A stretch of 58,172 bases of DNA, taken from contig JAITAS010000062.1 in the NCBI GenBank assembly GCA_031284015.1, positions 1 to 58,172 of the forward strand, read 5' to 3'. Shown piece by piece: positions 47,553-56,350 of this stretch (the stretch's first letter is position 1; every line of letters starts with the position of its first letter). Source of the stretch: Puniceicoccales bacterium. Lineage in GTDB: Bacteria; Verrucomicrobiota; Verrucomicrobiia; Opitutales; JAIRKQ01. A model generated the notes under the pieces. The model saw only the letters and a list, made by a program, of their open reading frames with translations. It had not been told where the DNA came from and did no database searches. The position numbers and the translations under genes were made by a program.

Positions 47553-48626
47553 TTAATTCGATTCTCCATCGACTGGTAAATCAGCGGGTAAAACGAGCAA
47601 TTTCCCTTCCAATCCCTTGTGAAAGTCGGAAAAAATATTTTTGCTTGGAGTTGAGCGCAACAATTGTTCCACCATACCCATTTTGGCATCGAGATTATCA
47701 ACCAAGGCAACAAATACCGCCTCTGGAGTAGCAGGACGTACAACGGCTCCAAACTCGGGATCATTGTGATGGCTTAGAAGAATATGTTCAAGGCGTTCCA
47801 AAATTTCACCATCCAATTTATTTTGAATCGCAGCCTTTCGAACGAGCCTGTAACCAAGAATCAGGTGTCCTTGCAAAATTCCTATCTTTGTCCGCTGGGC
47901 TACCACGTCGTTGGTATATTCTAAAACCTTTCCTATGTCATGCAATAGCAACCCTGCCATGGCAATATCGTAATTTACAAAAGGATACAGTGGTAGGAGG
48001 CTTTTACCTGCTCGAGCGGTATGAACCGTGTGTTCCAATAACCCATTCTTGTATGCATGATGCATGGAAATTCCAGCAGCTTTATCGTAAAAATCTTCCC
48101 CGAGTTCTTTTATAGCTTCCGTAGCGGTTAGTCTGAGTTTTTCGTTACCAATGGTCGCAAGCATATCATTTAATCCAGTCCTTAGAGTATCCACACCTTC
48201 ATCGGCACAGATGGTCATCTTTTGTAAATAATTGCCGCGCACGATTTCATCGTCACTCAGGGCTCGCACAAATGTTATTTCCGGAGAAAATACACCCTTA
48301 TAATCCTTCGTGATACCCTCCAGAAGGACTATCGCTCCGGATTCTACCGTTTTGAAGAAATTATATGTAGGGGAACTGCCAAAAACTTTACATAGACATG
48401 TGGCATTTTTGTCTCCGATGGTAACCGACAAATATTCGGCATTATTTTTGGCTAATTTTGTTTCGACAGACTTTATAACAGCAACAGTACTGAACTTCAA
48501 ATCACTATCCGAAGATATAATGTCAAGTATGGTCGGATTATTTGCAATATCAATCATGGTGGGGTTTATATTGACATGACAAAATCTTAGCAAGCAAAAA
48601 GGTATGGGTGCACTTTGGTATTCCAT
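47553..48626 (-). CDS. OB-fold + HD-domain 3'-5' exoribonuclease (YhaM-like)
   Basis: 357 aa. It has an N-terminal OB-like segment (VAVIKSVETKLAKNNAEYLSVTIGDKN) followed by an HD domain (HHAYKNGLLEHT, LLHDIGK, LLSHH). Confidence 0.65.
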   Translation of the reverse strand: MEYQSAPIPFCLLRFCHVNINPTMIDIANNPTILDIISSDSDLKFSTVAVIKSVETKLAKNNAEYLSVTIGDKNATCLCKVFGSSPTYNFFKTVESGAIVLLEGITKDYKGVFSPEITFVRALSDDEIVRGNYLQKMTICADEGVDTLRTGLNDMLATIGNEKLRLTATEAIKELGEDFYDKAAGISMHHAYKNGLLEHTVHTARAGKSLLPLYPFVNYDIAMAGLLLHDIGKVLEYTNDVVAQRTKIGILQGHLILGYRLVRKAAIQNKLDGEILERLEHILLSHHNDPEFGAVVRPATPEAVFVALVDNLDAKMGMVEQLLRSTPSKNIFSDFHKGLEGKLLVLPADLPVDGESN

Positions 48627-48643
48627 TTGAAAAAATAATTTTA

Positions 48644-49543
48644 CTATGCCCGTGGATGACAGTTTTGGTGAACACTTTTCATTCTCGATGAGTCAATGTG
48701 GGTATAGACTTGAGTAGTAGAAAGATTGGAATGGCCAAGCAATTCCTGCAACAGTCGCAGATCCGCACCTGCATTTAACAAATGAGTCGCATAGGAATGT
48801 CTAATCTTGTGGGGCGACAAATCCACTGGGAGGCCCGATGATTGCAAATAAAATTTTAGCCGATATTGTATTTCTCGGACAGTTAATAGCTTCCCATTGT
48901 GTTCGAGAAGTAGTTTTTGCAATGGCATTGATCGGTTGCTTAGATATTGTTTTATGGCATTGCTTGCTGCCAAAGGGAATGGACATATGCGCTCCTTATT
49001 CCTTTTTCCAAGGACTTTCAATGCACAGTTATCAAAATCAATGTCACCGATCCTAATATTCCTAAGTTCACTGATGCGTAGCCCAGCACCATAGAAAAGT
49101 TCTAAAATCATAATATCGCGGAGTGCAATTCGCTGTGTAATTTTTTTGTTGTTTAGTGCGACTAGGGGTGCTGCTAGCAAAGCTTTTATCTGTGACAGTG
49201 TAAAAATTTTTGGCAGTGCTTTTTCAAGTTTTGGAGTAATCAGTTCAAGGGCAGGATTTATTTCAAGGTGTTTATTTTCATATAAAAATCCAAAAAGTGA
49301 GCGCAATGCAGAAACATGGTTATGGACTGTTGTTCGCTTCCGATTTCTTTGTTCTTCGATTATGAAATCTTGTAAATCCCGATGAGATACCTTCGAAAAA
49401 TCAATGGCACAATTCTTAAATTTCCAATCAATGAATACATCAATGGCATTTTTATAGGTAGCCAAGGTAGTAGAAGAAAACCTGCGTTCGCTACGAATAT
49501 ACTCGTAATACTGCACTAGGCTTTTATTTTCTGTCTGTAACAT
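48644..49543 (-). CDS. XerC/XerD-type tyrosine site-specific recombinase
   Basis: 299 aa. It has an SAM-like N-domain (TLATYKNAIDVF), GLRISEL (Arg I), HKIRHSYATHLL (His-x-x-Arg) and LGHSNLSTTQVYTH (His and catalytic Tyr). Confidence 0.8.
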   Translation of the reverse strand: MLQTENKSLVQYYEYIRSERRFSSTTLATYKNAIDVFIDWKFKNCAIDFSKVSHRDLQDFIIEEQRNRKRTTVHNHVSALRSLFGFLYENKHLEINPALELITPKLEKALPKIFTLSQIKALLAAPLVALNNKKITQRIALRDIMILELFYGAGLRISELRNIRIGDIDFDNCALKVLGKRNKERICPFPLAASNAIKQYLSNRSMPLQKLLLEHNGKLLTVREIQYRLKFYLQSSGLPVDLSPHKIRHSYATHLLNAGADLRLLQELLGHSNLSTTQVYTHIDSSRMKSVHQNCHPRA

Positions 49544-49563
49544 TAGGTTATTGCAACTATCAA

Positions 49564-50241
49564 ATGAATTTTTCGATTGCCCGACAAGCTTTTGTTGTCA
49601 AAATCTCGACGATGTCTATCCGAGCACGATTAAAATACTTTTGGGAAATACGCAATTTTCGTAGTATCGCCGATGAAATTTACAAAGATTTTCCATTTTT
49701 TTATCTATCTCCGAAGGAATTCCGTGATCGATGCTGGATTTTACAATGCTGTGGAGCAGGAATTGTTCTAGGGTATGCGAAAGAAAATTTTGATGTCCGA
49801 ATAATACGTGTTTTCGGGGATGAAAGCTGTGAATGTAAATATGAAATGCTGCCTCTTGGACATTTTGGTGAAATAGTTTTCAGAGATTCGACTCTGCCTG
49901 ATTTTACACATACGGGACTATATGGTTTTATAGACCAACGTGGTAGAATTTGGTGCTGTGGTAGGATCTCTGATACGATAGATGTCGATGGAAAAAAATA
50001 TTTCCCTTACTGTATAGAATCCTTATTCGAACAGCTGTGGTGGATAAAATATGCCCAATTGGGGTCCGAGAAACGAGGGAATTGTATTGAGCTGACAATC
50101 ACCATTTTTCCTAGAAAATTTCTACACTTGCTCGTCAAAACTTTTGAAAAGCTTTTTTTGGCAAAACTCAAAAATTTCTCAAAGAAGTTCAAGTTGACCT
50201 CAAATATAAAAAGTTTTTCCATTGGAAAGATTACCGACTGA
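49564..50241 (+). CDS. Remnant or stand-alone C-terminal region of an adenylate-forming (AMP-binding) enzyme; possible pseudogene
   Basis: 225 aa. GEIVFRDSTLP...HTGLYGFIDQRGRIWCCGRISDTIDVDGKKYFPYCIESLFEQ follows the AMP-binding pattern GEi..rG....... TGD.g..d..G.l...GR.dD.i...G....P.eiE. The N-terminal P-loop (T/SSGTTG.PK) and most of the large domain are absent. Confidence 0.4.
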   Translation: MNFSIARQAFVVKISTMSIRARLKYFWEIRNFRSIADEIYKDFPFFYLSPKEFRDRCWILQCCGAGIVLGYAKENFDVRIIRVFGDESCECKYEMLPLGHFGEIVFRDSTLPDFTHTGLYGFIDQRGRIWCCGRISDTIDVDGKKYFPYCIESLFEQLWWIKYAQLGSEKRGNCIELTITIFPRKFLHLLVKTFEKLFLAKLKNFSKKFKLTSNIKSFSIGKITD

Positions 50242-50295
50242 GAAATTTAGTTTTTATTGTTTGCAACTTAAAAGCGAATATGGTTTCGTAGTACA

Positions 50296-51270
50296 ATGAA
50301 AGATTTATTGGCAAAAATTGTAGGGCTCAAGGTATTGGTTATCGGAGATATCATGCTGGACCATTATGTGATTGGTGATACGGTAAGAATTTCTCCGGAG
50401 GCTCCCGTTCCCGTTGTTGCCGTTGAGAATGACAAATATGCTCTTGGAGCTGCTGCCAATGTTGCGCTCAATGTTGCTCAATTGGGATGTCATACGGAAG
50501 TCGTAGGGAAGATTGGTATGGATGATATGGGAGGATTAATAAAAAATTTGTTTCGAGAGAATAAAATCCATTTTGATCCAAAATTTGAGAGTGCGACCAT
50601 CGATACGATTACAAAATCTCGTGTTGTGGTTAGAGGTCAACAATTATGCCGCATTGATCGTGAAAATAGGAAGTTGAACTATGAAATAGCCGATGCCAAT
50701 CTGATCAATGAAATTTGCGAAAAAATTCAGTCTGTAAATGCAGTGATTTTTTCCGATTATGCCAAGGGAACAATTTCCAATCTCAACATTTCAAAATTTG
50801 TCGATGCGGCGAATGTGAAAGATATTTTTACTGCAATGGATCCCAAGCCTATTAATAAATTGAATTTTTCTGGCATATCACTTATTACTCCCAACAAAAT
50901 GGAATCTGTCCAGCTTGCAGGGCTTGAAATAGAGCCACATGATGAACCACCTTGGAAAAAAATTTGTGATATAATTGATGATAAATATTTACCAAAGAAT
51001 TTGGTAATTACTTTAGGCGTAGATGGTATGCTCGTACAAAGCATGGATAGGCAAATACTCCGTATCCCAACGTATGCCAAGGAAGTTTTCGATGTTTCGG
51101 GTGCCGGTGATACGTCAATTTCCTGCTTGACTGCGGCGCTTACCGTTGGGGCATCACTCATTCAAGCAGCAAAATTTGCCAACATAGCCGCTGGCATTGT
51201 TGTTGCCAAGCATGGTACCGCAGCCATATCTGCAAGCGAGCTACTGGGATCTGAAAATGGCCAATTATAG
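50296..51270 (+). CDS. hldE: D-glycero-beta-D-manno-heptose-7-phosphate kinase (RfaE domain I / HldA-type, kinase domain only)
   Basis: 324 aa in the pfkB family. It has VLVIGDIMLDHYVIG...ISPEAPVPVV and DVSGAGDTSISCL motifs. There is no C-terminal cytidylyltransferase-like domain. Confidence 0.8.
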   Translation: MKDLLAKIVGLKVLVIGDIMLDHYVIGDTVRISPEAPVPVVAVENDKYALGAAANVALNVAQLGCHTEVVGKIGMDDMGGLIKNLFRENKIHFDPKFESATIDTITKSRVVVRGQQLCRIDRENRKLNYEIADANLINEICEKIQSVNAVIFSDYAKGTISNLNISKFVDAANVKDIFTAMDPKPINKLNFSGISLITPNKMESVQLAGLEIEPHDEPPWKKICDIIDDKYLPKNLVITLGVDGMLVQSMDRQILRIPTYAKEVFDVSGAGDTSISCLTAALTVGASLIQAAKFANIAAGIVVAKHGTAAISASELLGSENGQL

Positions 51271-51510
51271 AAATTTAATCCAATACTTCGAGAAAATTTG
51301 CCTTAGATCCACGAAATAAATGGTGCTAGGATAGCGAACATTGAAAAACGAGCTGAGTCATTTATTCAACGGGCAAGAAGGAACCTTTATGTTAAGAAAC
51401 ATACCATAGTTTAGCATAGCCATATAACTCCAAAGTCGCCAACTTTTAAAAAAGCGGAATTCTACTGCAACATTCCTCAAAATATATGGATATTTCATAG
51501 GGCTTTTCGG

Positions 51511-52884
51511 TCACAGTCTATCCATCGCGTTTTTTGGATTCGAGAAAAATATTTTTGTTTCCTGTGAAATTACTCTTCTCAGACCAATTAAACCTATGAG
51601 ATTTGCAATGGCCATGCCCCCTGTTACAATATCTGCCAGTGATAGGATGGAATTAATCCTGAAAAATGGTCCAGCGGCGACGAAAAAAATAAATAGTATT
51701 TTGTAGGGTACTACGGCTTTGTTGCCAAAAACAAATTGTGTGCATTGTTCACCGTAGTAATTCCATCCGATGATGGTGGTAAACGCAAACAATACAATAC
51801 TAAATCCAACTATGAATTTACCAATTTCTGGCATTCCTAATCCATGGCCAAATGCCTGGGATGTCAGCATTGCTCCTTCCACTGGAGAAGATCTGTCCGT
51901 TGCAATTAATATAACTAAGCCAGTCATCGTACAAACGACAATACTAAGTAGAGCCCCTGCCATGGATACCAATCCTTGTTTCGCAGGGGAATTGATTTTT
52001 GCAGTTGCGGCTGCTATTGCGGCACTCCCTAGCCCTGCCTCATGGGAAAAGATACCACGCCTTGTCCCAACGCTGGCAGCAATCGTGGCGGTGATTCCGG
52101 TTCCAGCTCCCAAAATCGATTTTGGAGAAAATGCACCACAAACAATGGAATATAGTGTGTGTGGAAGATGGGTAACATTTGTTGCTAGTACAAGAATTGC
52201 AGTCCCAATATAAAATACGGTCATAACGGGTACAATTTTTTCTGCCACAATGGATATCCTTTGTAAACCTCCCATGGTTATCATTCCAACGACAATGATA
52301 AGTGCGATCGTTGTAATGATAGTGGGTGTTCCGAAAGACGATAAGGTAACCGCGATGGAATTACTTTGAGCTGTGGTCCCAATCCCAATCAAAGCAACCA
52401 TCATGCCAAAAAAAGCAAATATTTTTGCTAGCGCCACATTATTCAGCCCTAAATGGATATAATACATGGGTCCACCGGAAACATTGCCATTTTTTTCGAT
52501 TTTTCTATATTTTATTGCTAAGACACCTTCCGCATACTTGATAGCTAAGCTAAAGAGCGAAGAGACCCACAACCAAAAAAGTGATCCAGGGCCTCCAACG
52601 ACAACGGCAACTGCTGTACCCACGATATTTCCTGTTCCAAGTGTTGCCGATAGGGATGTGCACAATGATGCAAATATCGAAATATTTCCCGTACTTGTTT
52701 TGTCACGGACATTTTCTGCTATCGCATATTTTAAAGACAATTTCAGTTTTGAAAAATCCAACAACTCTAGTTTAAAGGAAAAGTAAATGCCTGTCCCAAT
52801 TATAAATATGATTAATGGCCATCCCCAGACCAAACTGGCAATTGTATTCAAAAATAATTCTACTTGACCAATGCTGATATCCAC
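51511..52884 (-). CDS. agcS: Alanine/glycine:cation symporter (AGCS family)
   Basis: 457 aa and polytopic. GTGNIVGTAVAVVVGGPGSLFWLWVS, GGPMYYI and RGIFSHEAGLGSA match AGCS signatures (GtGNI.GVA.Ai..GGPGAlFWMW, sNEAG.Gsa). Confidence 0.85.
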   Translation of the reverse strand: MDISIGQVELFLNTIASLVWGWPLIIFIIGTGIYFSFKLELLDFSKLKLSLKYAIAENVRDKTSTGNISIFASLCTSLSATLGTGNIVGTAVAVVVGGPGSLFWLWVSSLFSLAIKYAEGVLAIKYRKIEKNGNVSGGPMYYIHLGLNNVALAKIFAFFGMMVALIGIGTTAQSNSIAVTLSSFGTPTIITTIALIIVVGMITMGGLQRISIVAEKIVPVMTVFYIGTAILVLATNVTHLPHTLYSIVCGAFSPKSILGAGTGITATIAASVGTRRGIFSHEAGLGSAAIAAATAKINSPAKQGLVSMAGALLSIVVCTMTGLVILIATDRSSPVEGAMLTSQAFGHGLGMPEIGKFIVGFSIVLFAFTTIIGWNYYGEQCTQFVFGNKAVVPYKILFIFFVAAGPFFRINSILSLADIVTGGMAIANLIGLIGLRRVISQETKIFFSNPKNAMDRL

Positions 52885-53173
52885 AATTCTTCAATTTCAA
52901 CATTCACAAAAATTTAGTGGCAAAATCTATGAACCACTTTTATGGAAGGGAATCTTGTCTGGCGGTAGCTTTTATGTCAAGGTAAATATTTCCTTCCGAT
53001 AGCAAAGTCATAGGACTATGCCATATACCTAGAGGCTTTCCTAGGATGTTCTTTCGCTTAGATAAGTTCGGCATTGTTCTTCTTAGACTTACTTCTTCAT
53101 TCGGAACAAAGTGGACGCGCTGTCCTGCTACGAGACTAATCCCAGCGCTTTTCCATAAAATTGAGTAATGAAG

Positions 53174-54130
53174 TCATTGCATAATAGGCCAAACATTGTC
53201 AACGACTTCTTCGACTGAAATTGAAGATAATTTTTTATCTTTGGCTTGGACCACTACATTATTTTTCGAATCAAGTGGGTAGGGACCAAATCGGTTGGGG
53301 TCCGTTGGTCCGAACAGCGCAATGACAGGGGTTGATAGGGCCGCCGCCAAATGTATAGGAGCACTATCATTTGCAATTACCAATGATGAATTTTGTACCA
53401 AATAAATGAGGTCATTAATCGAGGTTCGAGCTGATAGATTGTAGATATTTGGTGATTTCGACGTTATGTTGATCCATCGTTGCGCCAGGACAACAACCCG
53501 AATGTTGGGTAATTTTTCGACCAATGCCTCAGATAACCGACGAAAATATGGCCATTCCTTATCTTTTTGTCTGCTTTCGGGGAATAGCAGAATCAATTTA
53601 CATTTCTTCTGTTCATTGTCGTAAAAAATGTCTTTTGCCATGTCGCTTGGGGATATCGAAAATTTTAACTCTCCTTGTAATTTTGCTTCTAACCCAAGCT
53701 CGGGTAAAAATTGCAATAAAATATCTAAAGCATGCCGCTTTCTCGCTTGAGGAAATGGAACCTTTTTATTATATGCCATCCATGCAAACTCTCTGGCATC
53801 CGTTCGTCCGATTTTTCTCTCGGATTGTGAGAAATATGTTATTATACCACTTCGTGCTAACCCTTGCATATCAAAAACATAGTCATAATGCTGTCTTTTG
53901 ATATTTAATATGAGGCCGATAAATTTTCGTATACCTTTTCCCCGGTAAAATATGAAAATCTTATCAACCAACCTAGAAAATTTCACAATATCGACAAAAC
54001 AGTCCCGTACTACCCAGTCTATGGAAACATTTGGCAAAAAATTTTTTATTGTTGCAGCTACTTGTAATCCGTGAATAATATCGCCCAGGCTAGAAGGTTT
54101 TATTATCAAAATGTTTATCTGCTGCGACAT
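53174..54130 (-). CDS. Glycosyltransferase family 9 (LPS heptosyltransferase)
   Basis: 318 aa. It has ILIIKPSSLGDIIHGLQVA at the N-terminus and VIANDSAPIHLAAALSTPVIALFGPT near the C-terminus. I cannot tell WaaC from WaaF by eye. Confidence 0.75.
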   Translation of the reverse strand: MSQQINILIIKPSSLGDIIHGLQVAATIKNFLPNVSIDWVVRDCFVDIVKFSRLVDKIFIFYRGKGIRKFIGLILNIKRQHYDYVFDMQGLARSGIITYFSQSERKIGRTDAREFAWMAYNKKVPFPQARKRHALDILLQFLPELGLEAKLQGELKFSISPSDMAKDIFYDNEQKKCKLILLFPESRQKDKEWPYFRRLSEALVEKLPNIRVVVLAQRWINITSKSPNIYNLSARTSINDLIYLVQNSSLVIANDSAPIHLAAALSTPVIALFGPTDPNRFGPYPLDSKNNVVVQAKDKKLSSISVEEVVDNVWPIMQ

Positions 54131-54133
54131 AGG

Positions 54134-55123
54134 TCACTGTTCCGACTTTAACGAACGATTAATCAATTCTTCTATACACTTTTGGAGAGGGACGTTTAGG
54201 TACAGAATAGAGTAAATCGCTGATATTATTGGAGCATTTATATGCTTTTTTTCACAAATAAAGTAAAAGGCTTTCGCAGTTTTGTACCCTTCAACGGCAG
54301 CCTTTTGGGTTGAAAAAATTTCATCTACGGATTCTCCTTTTCCTATCCTTTCACCAAATGTACGATTTCTGCTCCACTCTCCCATGCATGTTGCAATGAA
54401 ATCGCCGAACCCACTCAAGCCGTAAAAGGTTTCCCTTTGTCCACCAAGGACGGTACCAATTGCCACCAACTCTTTTAGTGACCTTGTTAAATAAGCAGCC
54501 TTAGCATTATCACCAAATCCTAAACCATCACAAATACCTGCTCCAATTGCATAGACATTTTTCAGACATCCCCCTAGTTCGGCTCCCTTTACATCATTGC
54601 TGCTATAAATTCGTATTTGTTCAGAACTTAATGCTTTTTGAACTTTATAGATATCTTTCGAGTTAGTAGCTAAAACCATGGCGGCATGTTTGCCCTCTGC
54701 TACTTCTTTCGCATTTGTGGGACCAGCAAGTACGCCATGTTCAAAATTCGGCAATAACCTTATGATTAAATCAGAAGCTGTCTCCAAATTTTCATTCTGT
54801 ATACCTTTACACAAGGAGATGAGCAGCGGGAGTTGCTTTACACCCTTCGAAGCCCAATTCAAATTTAAGCAGAGATCCTCTATGCCTATCGCCGGGCATG
54901 CTAAAAATGCCAAATCTATACCTTGCACATCGATGTCTATGGTTATATTTATGCCATCTGGAAATTTGATTCCTGGAAGAAAATCAACATTTTCTTGGTG
55001 TTTTATAATCTTATCTGCCTGTTCCTTAAACTTAGGAACTAAAACAACGTCATGGCCGATCGCCCTACAATAGCAAGCCATGGCTGTTCCCCAAGCTCCT
55101 GCACCAAATATTGAAATTTTCAT
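54134..55123 (-). CDS. gpsA: NAD(P)H-dependent glycerol-3-phosphate dehydrogenase
   Basis: 329 aa. It has the Rossmann motif ISIFGAGAWGTAMA, KNVYAIGAGICDGLGFGDNAKAA and SRNRTFGERIGKG. Confidence 0.9.
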   Translation of the reverse strand: MKISIFGAGAWGTAMACYCRAIGHDVVLVPKFKEQADKIIKHQENVDFLPGIKFPDGINITIDIDVQGIDLAFLACPAIGIEDLCLNLNWASKGVKQLPLLISLCKGIQNENLETASDLIIRLLPNFEHGVLAGPTNAKEVAEGKHAAMVLATNSKDIYKVQKALSSEQIRIYSSNDVKGAELGGCLKNVYAIGAGICDGLGFGDNAKAAYLTRSLKELVAIGTVLGGQRETFYGLSGFGDFIATCMGEWSRNRTFGERIGKGESVDEIFSTQKAAVEGYKTAKAFYFICEKKHINAPIISAIYSILYLNVPLQKCIEELINRSLKSEQ

Positions 55124-55131
55124 ACGAATAC

Positions 55132-55896
55132 CTATTTAATTTCTATTCCACCACGCCCAGGCTGAGGGTATATTTGTTCCCCATTTGTCTGTTTGATCAG
55201 TAAAAATTCCCCCTTGTCATAGAAGACTTGGATAGGGCCCGAATATGTTATTTTTTTTACCTCACCCGATTCTAAGTTGCCTGTAAAAATTTTTTCTCCG
55301 GATGCTTTGGAGCGCACAACAATTTTCACATTTCCCGTCGGAATCAATGATAACACTGACTGGTTTACTGTGTCCAATATTTTGTCAACCTGCTTAGGTT
55401 GAATTTTTGCATACCCTGCTTTGTGGGAGAATGCTCTAGAAAAAATTATGAGCATCAGTAGAATGATCACTAAGCCAGATGTTATCTTAATAAAATGCTT
55501 GTGCTGAATGATAGTTTTAATATTCGCCATAGATTGTTTAAATTTTTTAAAAAAAGGGGTAGTGTCGTTGATTCCCAATTCCGACCCTTCGTCTTGTTCT
55601 TTTTCATTGGTAATTAATGTATTATAAGAAGTCTTTTTAACACATCTGGAATGCAAAACTTCGAATTCCTCTATGGGACAACCTTTCATAACAGCATCAA
55701 CATCCAATTTCAAGTATTTGGCATAAATTTTGATAAATCCTCGCAAATAAATATCCGGCAAAGTGAAATTATATTCTCCACTTTCTATACCGGCCAGATA
55801 TTCCAATTTAATTTTCGTTTCTTCGGCAGCCGTTTCCAAAGTAATGGCACGTGCATTCCTGGCTGCAATAAATTGTTGCTCAAACTCCTTCGTCAT
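55132..55896 (-). CDS. rodZ: RodZ-like cytoskeleton protein (HTH + TM + DUF4115-like C-domain)
   Basis: 254 aa. It has an N-terminal HTH (ARAITLETAAEETKIKLEYLAGIESGEY), a single TM (ITSGLVIILLMLIIF) and a beta-rich C-domain. Confidence 0.65.
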   Translation of the reverse strand: MTKEFEQQFIAARNARAITLETAAEETKIKLEYLAGIESGEYNFTLPDIYLRGFIKIYAKYLKLDVDAVMKGCPIEEFEVLHSRCVKKTSYNTLITNEKEQDEGSELGINDTTPFFKKFKQSMANIKTIIQHKHFIKITSGLVIILLMLIIFSRAFSHKAGYAKIQPKQVDKILDTVNQSVLSLIPTGNVKIVVRSKASGEKIFTGNLESGEVKKITYSGPIQVFYDKGEFLLIKQTNGEQIYPQPGRGGIEIK

Positions 55897-56350
55897 TGGT
55901 TACACAGTATCTCTACGAAAAATTTTTTCAACGGCAATCTAAAGTTTTTCTAATCGATTTTGGTTTAGTTGGAAAATTTTTCATGCGGGAACAAAAATTT
56001 CCGCAAAAAGTTTTTTTAGAATAGGATAGAGTTAAGACATTTTTATGGTATCCTTTTCACTAAAAGTTTCTACGAATTATCCACATTGCGATGTGAATAA
56101 CTTGTTAACTTCTTCTTCTTGATTTTCGTTCGCTCAAACGAATCATAGCAGGAATGTTTAAACTTTATCGGGAATTGGTTTATGAATTTTGCCGATCGAA
56201 TCGGCATGAACAAAAGGGTTTAACCGTAAACCTGAATAAAAATGTGCTAAAGAAAGGTTTTGTATTTTTCAAAAAAAATTTTAGCACTGAATTAAAATTT
56301 ATGCTAATAATTTTGTGAACAACTTTTGACCACTCTCAACTACTCTTACC
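55897..56350. other. Candidate chromosomal replication origin (oriC) region upstream of dnaA
   Basis: This 454-nt non-coding spacer lies between divergent rodZ and dnaA. It holds a perfect DnaA box at 56077-56085, a convergent 8/9 box at 56092-56100, several short dyads (56125-56142, 56191-56205, 56217-56232, 56244-56287) and an AT-rich tract at about 56262-56335. Confidence 0.5.
56077..56100. promoter_or_regulatory. Convergent DnaA-box pair
   Basis: TTATCCACA at 56077-56085 is a perfect match to the consensus. TGTGAATAA at 56092-56100 is 8/9 to the reverse consensus TGTGGATAA. The two are separated by 6 nt. Confidence 0.6.

Noticed and set aside
51358-51498. 46-codon minus-strand ORF (MKYPYILRNVAVEFRFFKSW...) starting 13 nt after the agcS stop, in the hldE/agcS convergent spacer
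   Set aside because: It is short, with no RBS-like sequence, no clear TM helix or motif, and no way to test conservation here. I treat it as chance, although ribosome profiling could revisit it.
52885-53173. Glycine riboswitch upstream of agcS
   Set aside because: The conserved aptamer blocks (GGAGAG, CCGAAGG.GCAA, CUCAGGCAAAAGGAC) are absent on the minus strand. Only short fragments (CAGGACAG, CGGAAGGAAA) are present. I keep the spacer only as a low-interest unexplained leader.
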